Origin: Rugosibacter sp.
GTDB lineage: Bacteria > Pseudomonadota > Gammaproteobacteria > Burkholderiales > Rhodocyclaceae
Assembly (NCBI GenBank): GCA_043731705.1
Contig: JAYTIQ010000124.1
Coordinates: 1 to 40,806 of the forward strand
DNA length: 40,806 nucleotides
Direction of reading: 5' to 3'
The stretch's first letter is position 1. Every line of letters begins with the position of its first letter. Shown one piece after another: positions 22,655 to 31,816 of the stretch. The notes under the pieces are model-generated. The model did not search any database. It saw only the letters and a program-made list of their open reading frames with translations, and was not told the origin of the DNA. A program made the translations under genes and the position numbers.

Positions 22655-23230
22655 ATGTCTGAAGATGATTTTCACGTTCATGGGCCGCATGATCATGCCA
22701 TTGAGCACGCTGCCCACGGGGGCAGCGATAGTTTTGCCTCACGTGTTGCTGCCTTGACGGCTGTTCTGGCGACGATAGGCGCACTGTTCAGCTATGAAGC
22801 AGGACGGACGCAAAACGATGCACTGCTATACAAGAATCAGGCAGCAATCAGAAAGACCGAAGCTTCCGATCAGTGGAATTATTATCAGTCGAAAAGCGCA
22901 AAGCAGAATTTGGCCGAATTAGCACTCTCGCTGACCAATGGCGCGGTGAACGAACGCTACAAGGCTGATATCGCACGCTACACAAAAGAAAAAATTGAAC
23001 TCAAGGAAAAAGCCGAGGCGCTAGAAAGCAAGTCAAAAGAAGCAGACAGCCAAAGCGAAGAGTCATTGCACATACATCACCGCTGGGCGCAAGCCATGAC
23101 CGCTTTGCAAGTGGCCATCTCTCTGGCCGCGATCACCCTGTTATCACGTCGTGTCTGGATGCAATGGACTGCAATCGGTGTAGCTGTGGCCGGGTGTGTT
23201 ATCGGAGCTATGGCGGTTTTCCATGTCTGA
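22655..23230 (+). CDS. DUF4337-like membrane protein with His-rich N-terminus
   Basis: AGGAG RBS; FHVHGPHDH, VAALTAVLA, ASDQWNYYQSKSAKQ, coiled-coil, two C-terminal TMs. Confidence 0.82.
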   Translation: MSEDDFHVHGPHDHAIEHAAHGGSDSFASRVAALTAVLATIGALFSYEAGRTQNDALLYKNQAAIRKTEASDQWNYYQSKSAKQNLAELALSLTNGAVNERYKADIARYTKEKIELKEKAEALESKSKEADSQSEESLHIHHRWAQAMTALQVAISLAAITLLSRRVWMQWTAIGVAVAGCVIGAMAVFHV

Positions 23231-23361
23231 AAAAGCTGTCAACGCTATTTCTATGTCTTGGCTGACAGATTGCGACGGATTTATTCATTGTTCCCTTCAC
23301 TTGCTGGATATCCATTAAATTGCCTGCAGGTGATGCTTGATTGGTCGACTTGGACTTAGCA

Positions 23362-24156
23362 TCATCGTAATGGTTGTGTAGCGAGGTCTTGTGCGCTCTC
23401 GTCATTTGCGGTAGTGGATGTAGCGGGTTGCCGGCTATGCAGCAATTCCATGCGGCCATCCATGTGTTCAACAATTGCGGTGCAGCTATCGACCCAGTCG
23501 CCGCAATTGATGTAAGTCATGCCCTCGACATCCTTGATGGCGGCGCTGTGGATGTGGCCGCAGATCACGCCATCCAGGCCGCGATCGCGTACGGCATGCA
23601 TGACGGCATCTTCAAAATCAAAAATGAAAGAAACCGCACGTTTGACGCGGCGCTTGGCGTAACCGGCGAGCGACCAGTAGTCGGCAATGCCGAATGTGCG
23701 TCGCAGCCAGGCAACCCACACATTGGCACGCACCAGCAGGTTGTAGCCAACGTCACCCAGCACGGCCAGCCAGCGATGATGGCGGGTGACTTGATCGAAT
23801 TCATCACCATGAATCACCAGATAACGGCGGCCATCGGCGGCAATATGAATATGCTCGTTGGCAACCAGAATATCGCCGAATGCCACGTTGTGATATTCGC
23901 GCAGCGCCTCATCGTGATTGCCGGGAATCAGCATCACATGCTCGCCATGCCGGGCACGGCGCAGAATTTTCTGTACCACGGTATTTTGCGCTGGCGTCCA
24001 GTGAATGCTGCGCTTCATGGCCCAAAAATCAATGATGTCACCAACGAGGAACAGTTGTTCCGCCTCATGGTTGCGCAAAAAGTCGATCAGCCGATCCGCC
24101 TGGCAACCACGTGTACCCAAGTGGATGTCAGAAAGAAAAATAGTGCGGACTTTCAT
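23362..24156 (-). CDS. plcP: PlcP-like metallophosphoesterase (phospholipase C type; LpxH-like superfamily)
   Basis: SDIHLG, VGDIID, PGNHD, IHGD, CGHIH, NCGDW; GNHD rather than the GNRD of LpxH; adjacent to GT4. Confidence 0.75.
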   Translation of the reverse strand: MKVRTIFLSDIHLGTRGCQADRLIDFLRNHEAEQLFLVGDIIDFWAMKRSIHWTPAQNTVVQKILRRARHGEHVMLIPGNHDEALREYHNVAFGDILVANEHIHIAADGRRYLVIHGDEFDQVTRHHRWLAVLGDVGYNLLVRANVWVAWLRRTFGIADYWSLAGYAKRRVKRAVSFIFDFEDAVMHAVRDRGLDGVICGHIHSAAIKDVEGMTYINCGDWVDSCTAIVEHMDGRMELLHSRQPATSTTANDESAQDLATQPLR

Positions 24157-24160
24157 TACG

Positions 24161-25351
24161 CTAGTCGGGCGCAAAACGAAAGATCAAATCGGCGTGCTGT
24201 TGCCGCTGGTGCGCTTTGACGGTGGCATGCAGGATGTCGGCCAACTGATTGCTGATATGACCCCAGTCGAGATGGCGCACACTGGCATGGGCGCGTTGGC
24301 GCAAAGTGGTGAGCATTGCCGGGTTGCGCGCTAGTTCAAGCGCGGCAGCGATGAAGGCGTCACTGTGATTGCTAGGCACAACGCGGCCATTGTCGCCATC
24401 GCGTATCAACTCGTTAGCTGCTGCGCAGTCGTAGGCAACGACGCCCAGGCCGCTGGCCAGTGCTTCGAGGGTGACATTGCCGAAGGTTTCGGTCAGGCTG
24501 GGAAAAAGGAACAGATCAGCGGAGGCGTAATGCGCCGCGAGATCATCCTCGCGCCGCATGCCGGCAAAAAGATACGTGGCGTCGCTGCGTTGAAGTTGCG
24601 TACGCAGCGGGCCATCGCCGACAAAAAGCAGGCGCGAATTCGGATGCAGCTCACGGATGGCGGCAAAGGCTTGTGTTACCAGCAGCAGGTTTTTTTCGGC
24701 CGCCAGGCGGCCGACATAGGTGACGACGAGTTGCTCTTCGCTAACGCCCCAGTGTGCGCGCAGTGCCATGTTGCGCCGTTGCGGATTGAATAGCGCGGTG
24801 TCTACGCCGCGCGATACCACGCGCACCGTGCGATAGCCTGCGTCAGTGAGTTCGCGCGCCATGGCAAAAGTCGGCGCTAGCGTGACGGCGCTTTTGTTAT
24901 GCAAACGGCGCAAATGCATGGCGACCAGGCCTTCTAGCCAGCCAAAACCATAGTGATGGCTGTAGGCGTGAAAATTGGTATGGAATTCGGAGACGACCGG
25001 GATGTCGAGCTCATGCGCCGCAGCAATGGCCGAGGCACCCAGCGGCCCTTCGGTGGCGACTTGAATGATATCCGGGCGATCTGCTCGCCAGGCCTTGAGC
25101 AGATGCGCTTTGGCGGGAAGGCCGAAGCGCAGGCCGCGATAGCCCGGGATGGGGCAACCGGCCACCAGTACTTCGTGCAGATTGGTTTCTGTAGCAGGCA
25201 GGTCGTTGGCATGCTGGCGTGGGCGCACCAGCGTGAAACGGTGTCCGAGGTGGCGCAGTCCATCGGTCATACGGCCCAGCGTCATGGCGACGCCGTTGAT
25301 TTCTGGCCGCCAGGTTTCGGTGACTAGCGCGATATGGAGTGGTATCGTCAT
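24161..25351 (-). CDS. GT4 glycosyltransferase, probable diacylglycerol glycosyl/glucuronosyltransferase
   Basis: VTETWRPEINGVA, ATEGPLG, FHTNF, VGRLAAEKN, ETFGNVTLEALASG. Confidence 0.85.
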   Translation of the reverse strand: MTIPLHIALVTETWRPEINGVAMTLGRMTDGLRHLGHRFTLVRPRQHANDLPATETNLHEVLVAGCPIPGYRGLRFGLPAKAHLLKAWRADRPDIIQVATEGPLGASAIAAAHELDIPVVSEFHTNFHAYSHHYGFGWLEGLVAMHLRRLHNKSAVTLAPTFAMARELTDAGYRTVRVVSRGVDTALFNPQRRNMALRAHWGVSEEQLVVTYVGRLAAEKNLLLVTQAFAAIRELHPNSRLLFVGDGPLRTQLQRSDATYLFAGMRREDDLAAHYASADLFLFPSLTETFGNVTLEALASGLGVVAYDCAAANELIRDGDNGRVVPSNHSDAFIAAALELARNPAMLTTLRQRAHASVRHLDWGHISNQLADILHATVKAHQRQQHADLIFRFAPD

Positions 25352-25358
25352 GCTGCAC

Positions 25359-25414
25359 AGTTTGCCAACCGCCTGTGGCGGATAGATGACAACTGGATGA
25401 CGTTTTTGTTACCC
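25359..25414 (-). promoter_or_regulatory. Pho-box array and -10 element upstream of GT4-plcP
   Basis: Minus-strand half-sites GTAAC(25412-08), GTCAT(25401-397), GTCAT(25390-86), GCCAC(25379-75) at exact 11-bp period; CAAACT 10 bp further. Confidence 0.72.
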
Positions 25415-25420
25415 GGTGTG

Positions 25421-25813
25421 TTATCCGATAAGTACCAGCAGCCAGATGGCCAGGACATTAATCAGCGAGACCAGTACCGCCGCGCTGCCAATATCCTTGG
25501 CACGCTTGGCGAGGCGATGGTTGTCCAGCGAAATGCGATCAACCGTCGCTTCGACGGCAGAATTGATCAGCTCGACAATGAGCACCAGCAGTACGCTGCC
25601 TATCATCAAGGCATGGCCGATACCTGTCGCGGGCAACAGTAAAGCCAACGGGATCAGCACGACAGCTAAGTACACTTCCTGACGAAATGCATCTTCATGG
25701 CGATAGGCTGCAGCAAGGCCTGCGAGCGAGTAGTGGAACGCATTCCAGATGCGCTGAAATCCAGTGCGGCCTTTATAGGGACTTTCTTCGGGAAGGGGAT
25801 GTTCGGATTTCAC
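25421..25813 (-). CDS. dgkA: Prokaryotic diacylglycerol kinase
   Basis: YSLAGL...HEDAFRQE...ELINSAVEATVDRIS...AKRAKDIGSAAV; GTG start. Confidence 0.93.
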   Translation of the reverse strand: MKSEHPLPEESPYKGRTGFQRIWNAFHYSLAGLAAAYRHEDAFRQEVYLAVVLIPLALLLPATGIGHALMIGSVLLVLIVELINSAVEATVDRISLDNHRLAKRAKDIGSAAVLVSLINVLAIWLLVLIG

Positions 25814-25823
25814 TATGCAGTGG

Positions 25824-26996
25824 TCAGATGAGTGGAGCGGGCTGGTGCAAGGGAATCACGAGCTCATGATACAAGTTAGCCAGGCGTTTTGCCTGGGCTG
25901 CAGCATCCCATTCGCGGGCAAAGGCGATGCCTTCGCGGCTCAGTGTGGCGAGGCGTTCAGGTTGCTCAAGGAGAGTAACTAACTGGTCGGCGAAAGCTGC
26001 GGGCGCATCAGTGGCAGAGACCGCCCCACGCTGTGGCGCGATGATTTCGGCAGCACCCAGCGCGGGGAGCGCTAACACCGGCAGGCCGATGGCCATGGCT
26101 TCGAGCAGCACCAGGCCTTGTGTTTCGGTGCGCGAGGCGAAAGTGAAAACATCGGCTGCTGCGTAGCAATCACGCAAACCGGATTCGCGCGGGATATAGC
26201 CAACAAAGCGGACATGGTTGTTGAGACTTAACTGCTTGGCTTTGCGTTGCAGATTTTCCAGTGCCGGGCCTTCGCCTGCGATGACCAGCAGCAAATCTGG
26301 CTGTTTCTGGCGTGCGTGAGCTGCAACTTCAAGCAAAAAGCCGATGTTTTTTTCAAAGGCGGCGCGGCCAACAAAAAGCGCGATTTTGCGCTCGGCACCA
26401 ATGTTGTGAGCCGCGCGAAAGCGTTGGCCGTCACCTCGGATAAACTGGCTAGTCGGCAGTCCCGTGGGAATGACATGCAGCGGCGTGGTAACGCCGTAAT
26501 CGCGCAATGTTTCAGCCATCGGTTGCGAAGGGACGACGATGGCATCCAGTGCATTGCATTGGCCGCGTGCGGTGCAGCGGGCCAATCCGCGCAAGGCACG
26601 GCGCGGTACGATGGGCAGGTAATGGAACAAGTATTCCTCGAAATGCGTGTGGTAGGTGGCAATCACCGGCACGCCCTGCCGTCGCGCCAGCTTGATGCCT
26701 GCGTAGTGCGCGGCGAATGGCGTTTGCACGTGAATCAGCGAAAAATCGGTGCTGGTGATACGGCGAGAAAAGGCATTAATTCCGGCGCGCGTCATCAACC
26801 GGTCTTCAGGGTCGAGTGGTACCTGCCGCGAGGCGATGCGTATAACGCCATCTGTTTCAATGTGGCCGGGATACTCCGGTGCGGCGACGGTAATTCGGAC
26901 ACCCTGCGCGCCGAGTTCATGGCGAAATGTCTGCATGGAAGTCGAGACACCGTTGATGCGCGGGAAATAAACATCGCTGAGCATGAGGACATGCAT
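25824..26996 (-). CDS. GT4 glycosyltransferase, 1,2-diacylglycerol glucosyltransferase-like
   Basis: SDVYFPRINGVSTS, HVQTPF, TYHT, VGRAAFEKNI, SRTETQGLVLLEAMA. Confidence 0.85.
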   Translation of the reverse strand: MHVLMLSDVYFPRINGVSTSMQTFRHELGAQGVRITVAAPEYPGHIETDGVIRIASRQVPLDPEDRLMTRAGINAFSRRITSTDFSLIHVQTPFAAHYAGIKLARRQGVPVIATYHTHFEEYLFHYLPIVPRRALRGLARCTARGQCNALDAIVVPSQPMAETLRDYGVTTPLHVIPTGLPTSQFIRGDGQRFRAAHNIGAERKIALFVGRAAFEKNIGFLLEVAAHARQKQPDLLLVIAGEGPALENLQRKAKQLSLNNHVRFVGYIPRESGLRDCYAAADVFTFASRTETQGLVLLEAMAIGLPVLALPALGAAEIIAPQRGAVSATDAPAAFADQLVTLLEQPERLATLSREGIAFAREWDAAAQAKRLANLYHELVIPLHQPAPLI

Positions 26997-27013
26997 GGGA
27001 TTGGTTGCGTCGC

Positions 27014-27787
27014 TTACGTCGTAATGAAGTGACGCTGGTAACGCTCGCTCAGGCGTTCCATGGGTAGCATTAGCAATAAATCGGCCGTGTTGAAGTCAGG
27101 GTCCCACGCGGGTTCGCCGCACACGCGGCCGCCGGCGCGCAAGTAGCCTTTGAGTAGCGGCGGCACCAGAGCGGGTTGACCATTGGCCAGATGTTCAAAA
27201 GGCAGCGGATGGCGCGGGAAAACGCGGTATTCGAGCGGTGCCTGCTGCGCTTCAGTCAGTTGCTGGTAAAGATTCGCTGCATTGTGGCCGCCATCGGCCA
27301 TGCTGATCGAGGCGCAGCCAATCAAGTAAGAATAGCCACGAGTGACCATGTATTCGCCCAAGCCCGACCAGAGCAGGGCAATCACGGCACCGCTGCGGTA
27401 ATCAATGTGAATGCAGGAACGGCCGATTTCCACCATGCGCGGGCGCAGATGCTGTAAGCGGGTGAGCGAGAATTCACCTTCCGAGTAATAACTGCCCACG
27501 CGCTTGGCCGCTTCGGGCGCGAGAATCCGGTAAGTGCCGACTACCTTGCCGGTGTTCTCGTCGCGTACCAGCAGGTGGTCGCAGTAGGGATCAAATAAAT
27601 CCGTATCGTGTTCCGGGATGCGTGCCGAGAGGCGGGCACCCATTTCTTCGCCAAAAATCTTGTAACGCAGGCGCTGGGCTTCACGGACTTCATTTTCGTT
27701 TTGCGCCAGGCTGATGCGCAGGCTAGGGCGGGTACGACCCTCACGGTGTACATTGGCAGATTGGATCGATTGAATTTCTGTGCTCAT
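27014..27787 (-). CDS. olsB: OlsB-like GNAT N-acyltransferase (lyso-ornithine lipid synthase family)
   Basis: AQRLRYKIF, DLFDPYCDHLLV, VVGTYR, EIGRSC, LIGCAS, PPLLKGYLRAG, DPDFNTAD; GGAGA RBS before ATG 27787. Confidence 0.78.
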   Translation of the reverse strand: MSTEIQSIQSANVHREGRTRPSLRISLAQNENEVREAQRLRYKIFGEEMGARLSARIPEHDTDLFDPYCDHLLVRDENTGKVVGTYRILAPEAAKRVGSYYSEGEFSLTRLQHLRPRMVEIGRSCIHIDYRSGAVIALLWSGLGEYMVTRGYSYLIGCASISMADGGHNAANLYQQLTEAQQAPLEYRVFPRHPLPFEHLANGQPALVPPLLKGYLRAGGRVCGEPAWDPDFNTADLLLMLPMERLSERYQRHFITT

Positions 27788-27818
27788 CGTTTTCTCCAGA
27801 GGTTTTGAATTCAGGTGC

Positions 27819-27872
27819 ATTCTGAAAACCCCGTGTTACCGGCTGATTGCTTTTGTGTTGCGAAAAAATTAA
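27819..27872 (-). promoter_or_regulatory. Degenerate Pho-box array and -10 element for the olsB-like operon
   Basis: Minus-strand TTAAT, GCAAC, GCAAT, GTAAC at 11-bp period, then 10 bp, then CAGAAT. Confidence 0.55.
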
Positions 27873-27912
27873 ATGTCTATCAGGAAAAGTGAGGTTAGGT
27901 TGATAGGTGATC

Positions 27913-27946
27913 TTTTCATCGAACTGTAATAATTGCCCCGTAGACT
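27913..27946 (+). promoter_or_regulatory. Pho-box promoter of pstS
   Basis: TTTTCAT-CGAA-CTGTAAT-N10-TAGACT, canonical Pho box to -10 geometry. Confidence 0.78.
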
Positions 27947-28016
27947 GCAAGCCGTTGCACCTTTCAGCGCTGTGTTTTAGCTTTAAGTTCTACCTTTTCC
28001 TTAAGGAGCCAAAGTA

Positions 28017-29018
28017 ATGAAAAAACTGAAACTTGTTTTACCCGCTGTGCTGGCCTTGTCTTCAGCATTTGCTACCAACGCAGCATTTGCCGACACATTG
28101 GTCAAGATCGACGGTTCATCGACGGTGTATCCGATCACCGAAGCCGTGGCTGAAGAGTTCCAGATCGCTAAGAAAAATGCTGTCAAGGTGACCGTGGGTA
28201 TTTCCGGCACGGGCGGTGGCTTCAAGAAATTTTGCCGTGGCGAAACTGATATTTCCGATGCTTCACGTCCGATCCTGAAAAAAGAAATGGATATTTGCAA
28301 GGAAGCCGGCATCAAATACATCGAGTTGCCGGTGGCTTACGATGCAATGACTGTCGTGATCAATCCCAAGAACACCTTTATCAAGCAACTCACTGTGGCT
28401 GAGCTGAAGAAGATGTGGGAGCCGGCAGCGCAGGGCACTGTGACCAAGTGGAACCAGATCAACCCCGCCTGGCCGGATAAGCCTATGAAGTTGTTTGGCC
28501 CGGGTGCCGATTCAGGCACGTTTGATTATTTCACTGAAGCGATTGTCGGCAAGGCGAAGTCTTCGCGTGGCGATTTCACCGCATCGGAAGATGACAATGT
28601 GCTTGTGCAAGGCGTGTCGCGCGATGTCGGCGCGCTGGGTTATTTCGGCATGGCGTATTACACGGAAAACAAGGACAAGTTGAAGGCCGTGCCGATCGCG
28701 ATGGCAGAAGGCAAGCCTGCCGTACTGCCTTCGTTTGAAACCGTTGAAAACGGTTCTTACCAGCCGCTTTCCCGGCCGATTTTCATTTATGTCAATGCTA
28801 AATCAGCAGAAAAGCTGGAGGTGAAGGAGTTTGTTGAGTTTTACCTGAAAAACGCCGCCAAGTTGGTCAAGGAAGTAAAGTACGTTCCCTTGCCAGCCAA
28901 GGCTTACACCATTGCTCAACAGCACTTTACCAATAAGAAGATTGGCACCGTGTTTGGTGGAGAAGCTGAAGTAGGCCTGAAAATTGAAGATTTGCTCAAG
29001 CGCGAAGCCAAGGATTAA
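28017..29018 (+). CDS. pstS: Phosphate ABC transporter substrate-binding protein
   Basis: Signal peptide; [33 protein letters not shown]; AAGGAG RBS. Confidence 0.95.
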   Translation: MKKLKLVLPAVLALSSAFATNAAFADTLVKIDGSSTVYPITEAVAEEFQIAKKNAVKVTVGISGTGGGFKKFCRGETDISDASRPILKKEMDICKEAGIKYIELPVAYDAMTVVINPKNTFIKQLTVAELKKMWEPAAQGTVTKWNQINPAWPDKPMKLFGPGADSGTFDYFTEAIVGKAKSSRGDFTASEDDNVLVQGVSRDVGALGYFGMAYYTENKDKLKAVPIAMAEGKPAVLPSFETVENGSYQPLSRPIFIYVNAKSAEKLEVKEFVEFYLKNAAKLVKEVKYVPLPAKAYTIAQQHFTNKKIGTVFGGEAEVGLKIEDLLKREAKD

Positions 29019-29035
29019 TGCAGGCTGTTGTTAGT

Positions 29036-29067
29036 ACTCCCCGGTAAAAATTTACCGGGGAGTTTTT
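29036..29067 (+). terminator. Strong hairpin between pstS and pstC
   Basis: ACTCCCCGGTAA-AAAT-TTACCGGGGAGT-TTTT, perfect 12-bp stem. Confidence 0.85.
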
Positions 29068-29110
29068 ATGTTTGTCGGCTTCGCCTATCATTCGTGCTTT
29101 ACTATTTCTG

Positions 29111-30061
29111 ATGAACCATGCCGTGAGTCTGCCTGAGTATTCCATTGCCGAACTGCAAGTCAGTGATCGCTTGCGCAAAAAAGCTTCGCGCCATGTTAAA
29201 GAGCGCGTTATTGAGTTTCTGCTTTTTTTGGCGGCCGCAATGTCGGTGTTTACGACGGCTGGCATTATTTACATCCTGATCAAGGAATCCTGGATTTTTT
29301 TCCAGACGGTGCCATTATCTGACTTCCTGTTTGATACCCAATGGACGCCCCTGTTTGACGATGCGCACTACGGCATCATGGTGCTGCTTTCCGGCACAAT
29401 TACCAGTTCAGCAGTAGCGTTACTGGTTGCTTTGCCGCTGGGCACGGTGATTGCGATATTTCTGTCTGAATTTGCCGGTTTTAAAATCCGTGAAATTGCC
29501 AAGCCGTTTCTCGAATTGCTGGGTGGCGTGCCCACGATTGTGTATGGCTACTTTGCACTCACGTTTGTTGCGCCTTTACTACAGAAAATTTATCCCGATT
29601 TACCCGGATTTAGTTTGTTATCTGCTGGTTTGGTCATGGGCATCATGATTATTCCTTATGTGAGCTCGTTGTCCGAAGACGCCATGCGTGCGGTGCCAAT
29701 GGCCTTGCGCGAAGGCTCTTACGCGATGGGCGCAACGCGCTTGCAAACAGCGCTGCGTGTGGTGGTGCCAGCTGCGTTTTCGGGCATTGCATCGGCTTAC
29801 ATTCTAGGTATTTCACGCGCCGTAGGCGAAACCATGATTTTGGCTGTGGCAGCCGGCATGCAGCCTAACCTGACCTTTAATCCAGCAGAGCCTGGAGCCA
29901 CGATTACTTCGTATATTGTTCAGGTGGCATTAGGTGATCTGCCCCATGGCTCCATTGGCTACCAGACAATTTTTGCCGCCGGCCTTACGCTTATGCTCAT
30001 GACGCTGACGTTCAATCTACTCGGCTTCTGGTTACGTAAAAAGTATCGGGAGGTTTATTGA
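29111..30061 (+). CDS. pstC: Phosphate ABC transporter permease PstC (start uncertain)
   Basis: ELLGGVPTIVYG, REGSYAMGAT, RAVGETM. Confidence 0.95.
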   Translation: MNHAVSLPEYSIAELQVSDRLRKKASRHVKERVIEFLLFLAAAMSVFTTAGIIYILIKESWIFFQTVPLSDFLFDTQWTPLFDDAHYGIMVLLSGTITSSAVALLVALPLGTVIAIFLSEFAGFKIREIAKPFLELLGGVPTIVYGYFALTFVAPLLQKIYPDLPGFSLLSAGLVMGIMIIPYVSSLSEDAMRAVPMALREGSYAMGATRLQTALRVVVPAAFSGIASAYILGISRAVGETMILAVAAGMQPNLTFNPAEPGATITSYIVQVALGDLPHGSIGYQTIFAAGLTLMLMTLTFNLLGFWLRKKYREVY

Positions 30062-30062
30062 G

Positions 30063-31001
30063 ATGGGTACCGGAAATATAAATGCACTCCGACTGCAGGA
30101 AATTCGCCGCCTTATTGCAAGCGCCAAGCGGTGGGATCTGTTTTTTGTTGTCATCGGTATTTTGTCGCTCATGGTCGGCGTGCTGACTTTTAGCGTCTTG
30201 TTTGCGGATATGGCTAGTCATGGCTTTTCCCGGCTCGACTGGAATTTCTTTACGTCTTTCCCCTCACGCCGGGCCGCCAATGCGGGAATTCTTTCTGCTT
30301 GGGTAGGCACGATGCTGGTGATGCTGGTGACTGCCACAGCTGCTATTCCTCTGGGTGTTGCGGCCGGTGTTTATCTTGAGGAATATGCCCCGAAAAACTG
30401 GATGACAGACATCATAGAAATCAACGTCAGTAACCTGGCTGGTGTGCCCTCCATTGTGTATGGGCTGCTGGCGTTGAGTTTGTTTGTTTATCAGTTCGGT
30501 TTTGGCCAAAGTATCCTGTCTGCCGGATTAACGCTTGCCTTGCTGATTCTTCCAGTGGTGATTGTTTCGACTCGCGAGGCCATTCGGGCGATTCCACAAT
30601 CAGTCCGTGAGGGCTCTTACGCTTGTGGCGCCACAACGTGGCAGACGGTGCGTGACCATATCCTGCCATATTCAAGCCCTGGTATTCTGACCGGCATTAT
30701 CATCGGCATGGCTCGAGCCATTGGTGAAACGGCACCCATCATTACGATTGGAGCACTAACCTTCATCGCCTTTTTGCCTCCCGCCCCTTTTGCCGGTGAT
30801 CCGCCAGCCGGGTTGTTCGATTGGTTGTTTGCGCCCTTTACGGTCATGCCGATCCAGATGTTCAACTGGACTTCACGTCCTGAGGCGGCATTTGCTGAAA
30901 ATGCTGCTGCCGCAGGCTTTGTTCTGGTTTTCATGACATTGCTGATGAATGGTTTGGCTATCTACTTGCGGTATCGCTTGCGTAAAAATATCAAATGGTG
31001 A
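30063..31001 (+). CDS. pstA: Phosphate ABC transporter permease PstA
   Basis: [24 protein letters not shown]. Confidence 0.95.
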   Translation: MGTGNINALRLQEIRRLIASAKRWDLFFVVIGILSLMVGVLTFSVLFADMASHGFSRLDWNFFTSFPSRRAANAGILSAWVGTMLVMLVTATAAIPLGVAAGVYLEEYAPKNWMTDIIEINVSNLAGVPSIVYGLLALSLFVYQFGFGQSILSAGLTLALLILPVVIVSTREAIRAIPQSVREGSYACGATTWQTVRDHILPYSSPGILTGIIIGMARAIGETAPIITIGALTFIAFLPPAPFAGDPPAGLFDWLFAPFTVMPIQMFNWTSRPEAAFAENAAAAGFVLVFMTLLMNGLAIYLRYRLRKNIKW

Positions 31002-31816
31002 GCTTTATGAAAAACACAATGAACGCACTTTCCCCTGTCTCTGCGAGTGGTCCTGTACTGAAAGCGGATGTGCGCGACCTGGACTTTTATTACGGTGCTT
31101 TTCAGGCGCTGAAAAAAGTGACCATGCCCGTGTATGAGCGTAAAGCGACGGCATTGATCGGGCCATCAGGCTGTGGAAAGTCGACTTTGTTGCGTTGCTT
31201 TAATCGCATGCATGATCTTTATCCTGGTAATCGCTATGAAGGCGGGGGGATTGTTTTGCATCCAGACAACACCAATCTGCTCGCCCAAGGCGTTGATCCG
31301 ATTGAGGTTCGTATGCGTATCAGCATGGTGTTCCAGAAGCCAAACCCTTTTCCCAAGTCAATTTATGAAAATGTTGCCTACAGCCTGCGTGTGCGCGGCA
31401 TGCGCAATAAATCAGAGATGGATGATCGCGTAGAGGCTGCGCTCAAAGGCGCTGCGCTTTGGAATGAGGTTAACAATCGCTTGAGCGAATTGGGAGCGAA
31501 TTTGTCCGGTGGTCAGCAACAGCGCTTGTGTATCGCACGGGCCTTGGCTTCCGACCCGGAGCTGATTTTGTTTGATGAGCCAACTTCCGCGCTGGATCCG
31601 ATTGCCACGGCAAGTATTGAGGAGTTGATTACCGAGCTCAAAGAAAAAGTGACGATTCTGATCGTAACGCACAACATGCAACAGGCTGCACGTATTTCGG
31701 ATTTCACCGCGTATATGTATATGGGTGAAATGATTGAGTTTGGCGTCACCGATCAACTCTTCATCAAGCCGCAGAAAAAACAGACAGAAGACTACATTAC
31801 AGGCCGGTTTGGCTAA
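30995..31816 (+). CDS. pstB: Phosphate ABC transporter ATP-binding protein
   Basis: [41 protein letters not shown]. Confidence 0.96.
   Translation: MVSFMKNTMNALSPVSASGPVLKADVRDLDFYYGAFQALKKVTMPVYERKATALIGPSGCGKSTLLRCFNRMHDLYPGNRYEGGGIVLHPDNTNLLAQGVDPIEVRMRISMVFQKPNPFPKSIYENVAYSLRVRGMRNKSEMDDRVEAALKGAALWNEVNNRLSELGANLSGGQQQRLCIARALASDPELILFDEPTSALDPIATASIEELITELKEKVTILIVTHNMQQAARISDFTAYMYMGEMIEFGVTDQLFIKPQKKQTEDYITGRFG

Noticed and set aside
23362-24156. Annotation as lipid A enzyme LpxH
   Set aside because: GNHD instead of GNRD, and the GT4/Pho-box context fits PlcP better; not excluded without phylogeny
23374-24219. 281-aa plus-strand ORF, and the similar 26247-27032 and 24365-24793 ORFs
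   Set aside because: Antisense shadows of GC-rich real genes with no recognisable motifs
27014-27787. Annotation as a hemolysin
   Set aside because: Legacy label for this GNAT family; motifs and context fit an N-acyltransferase
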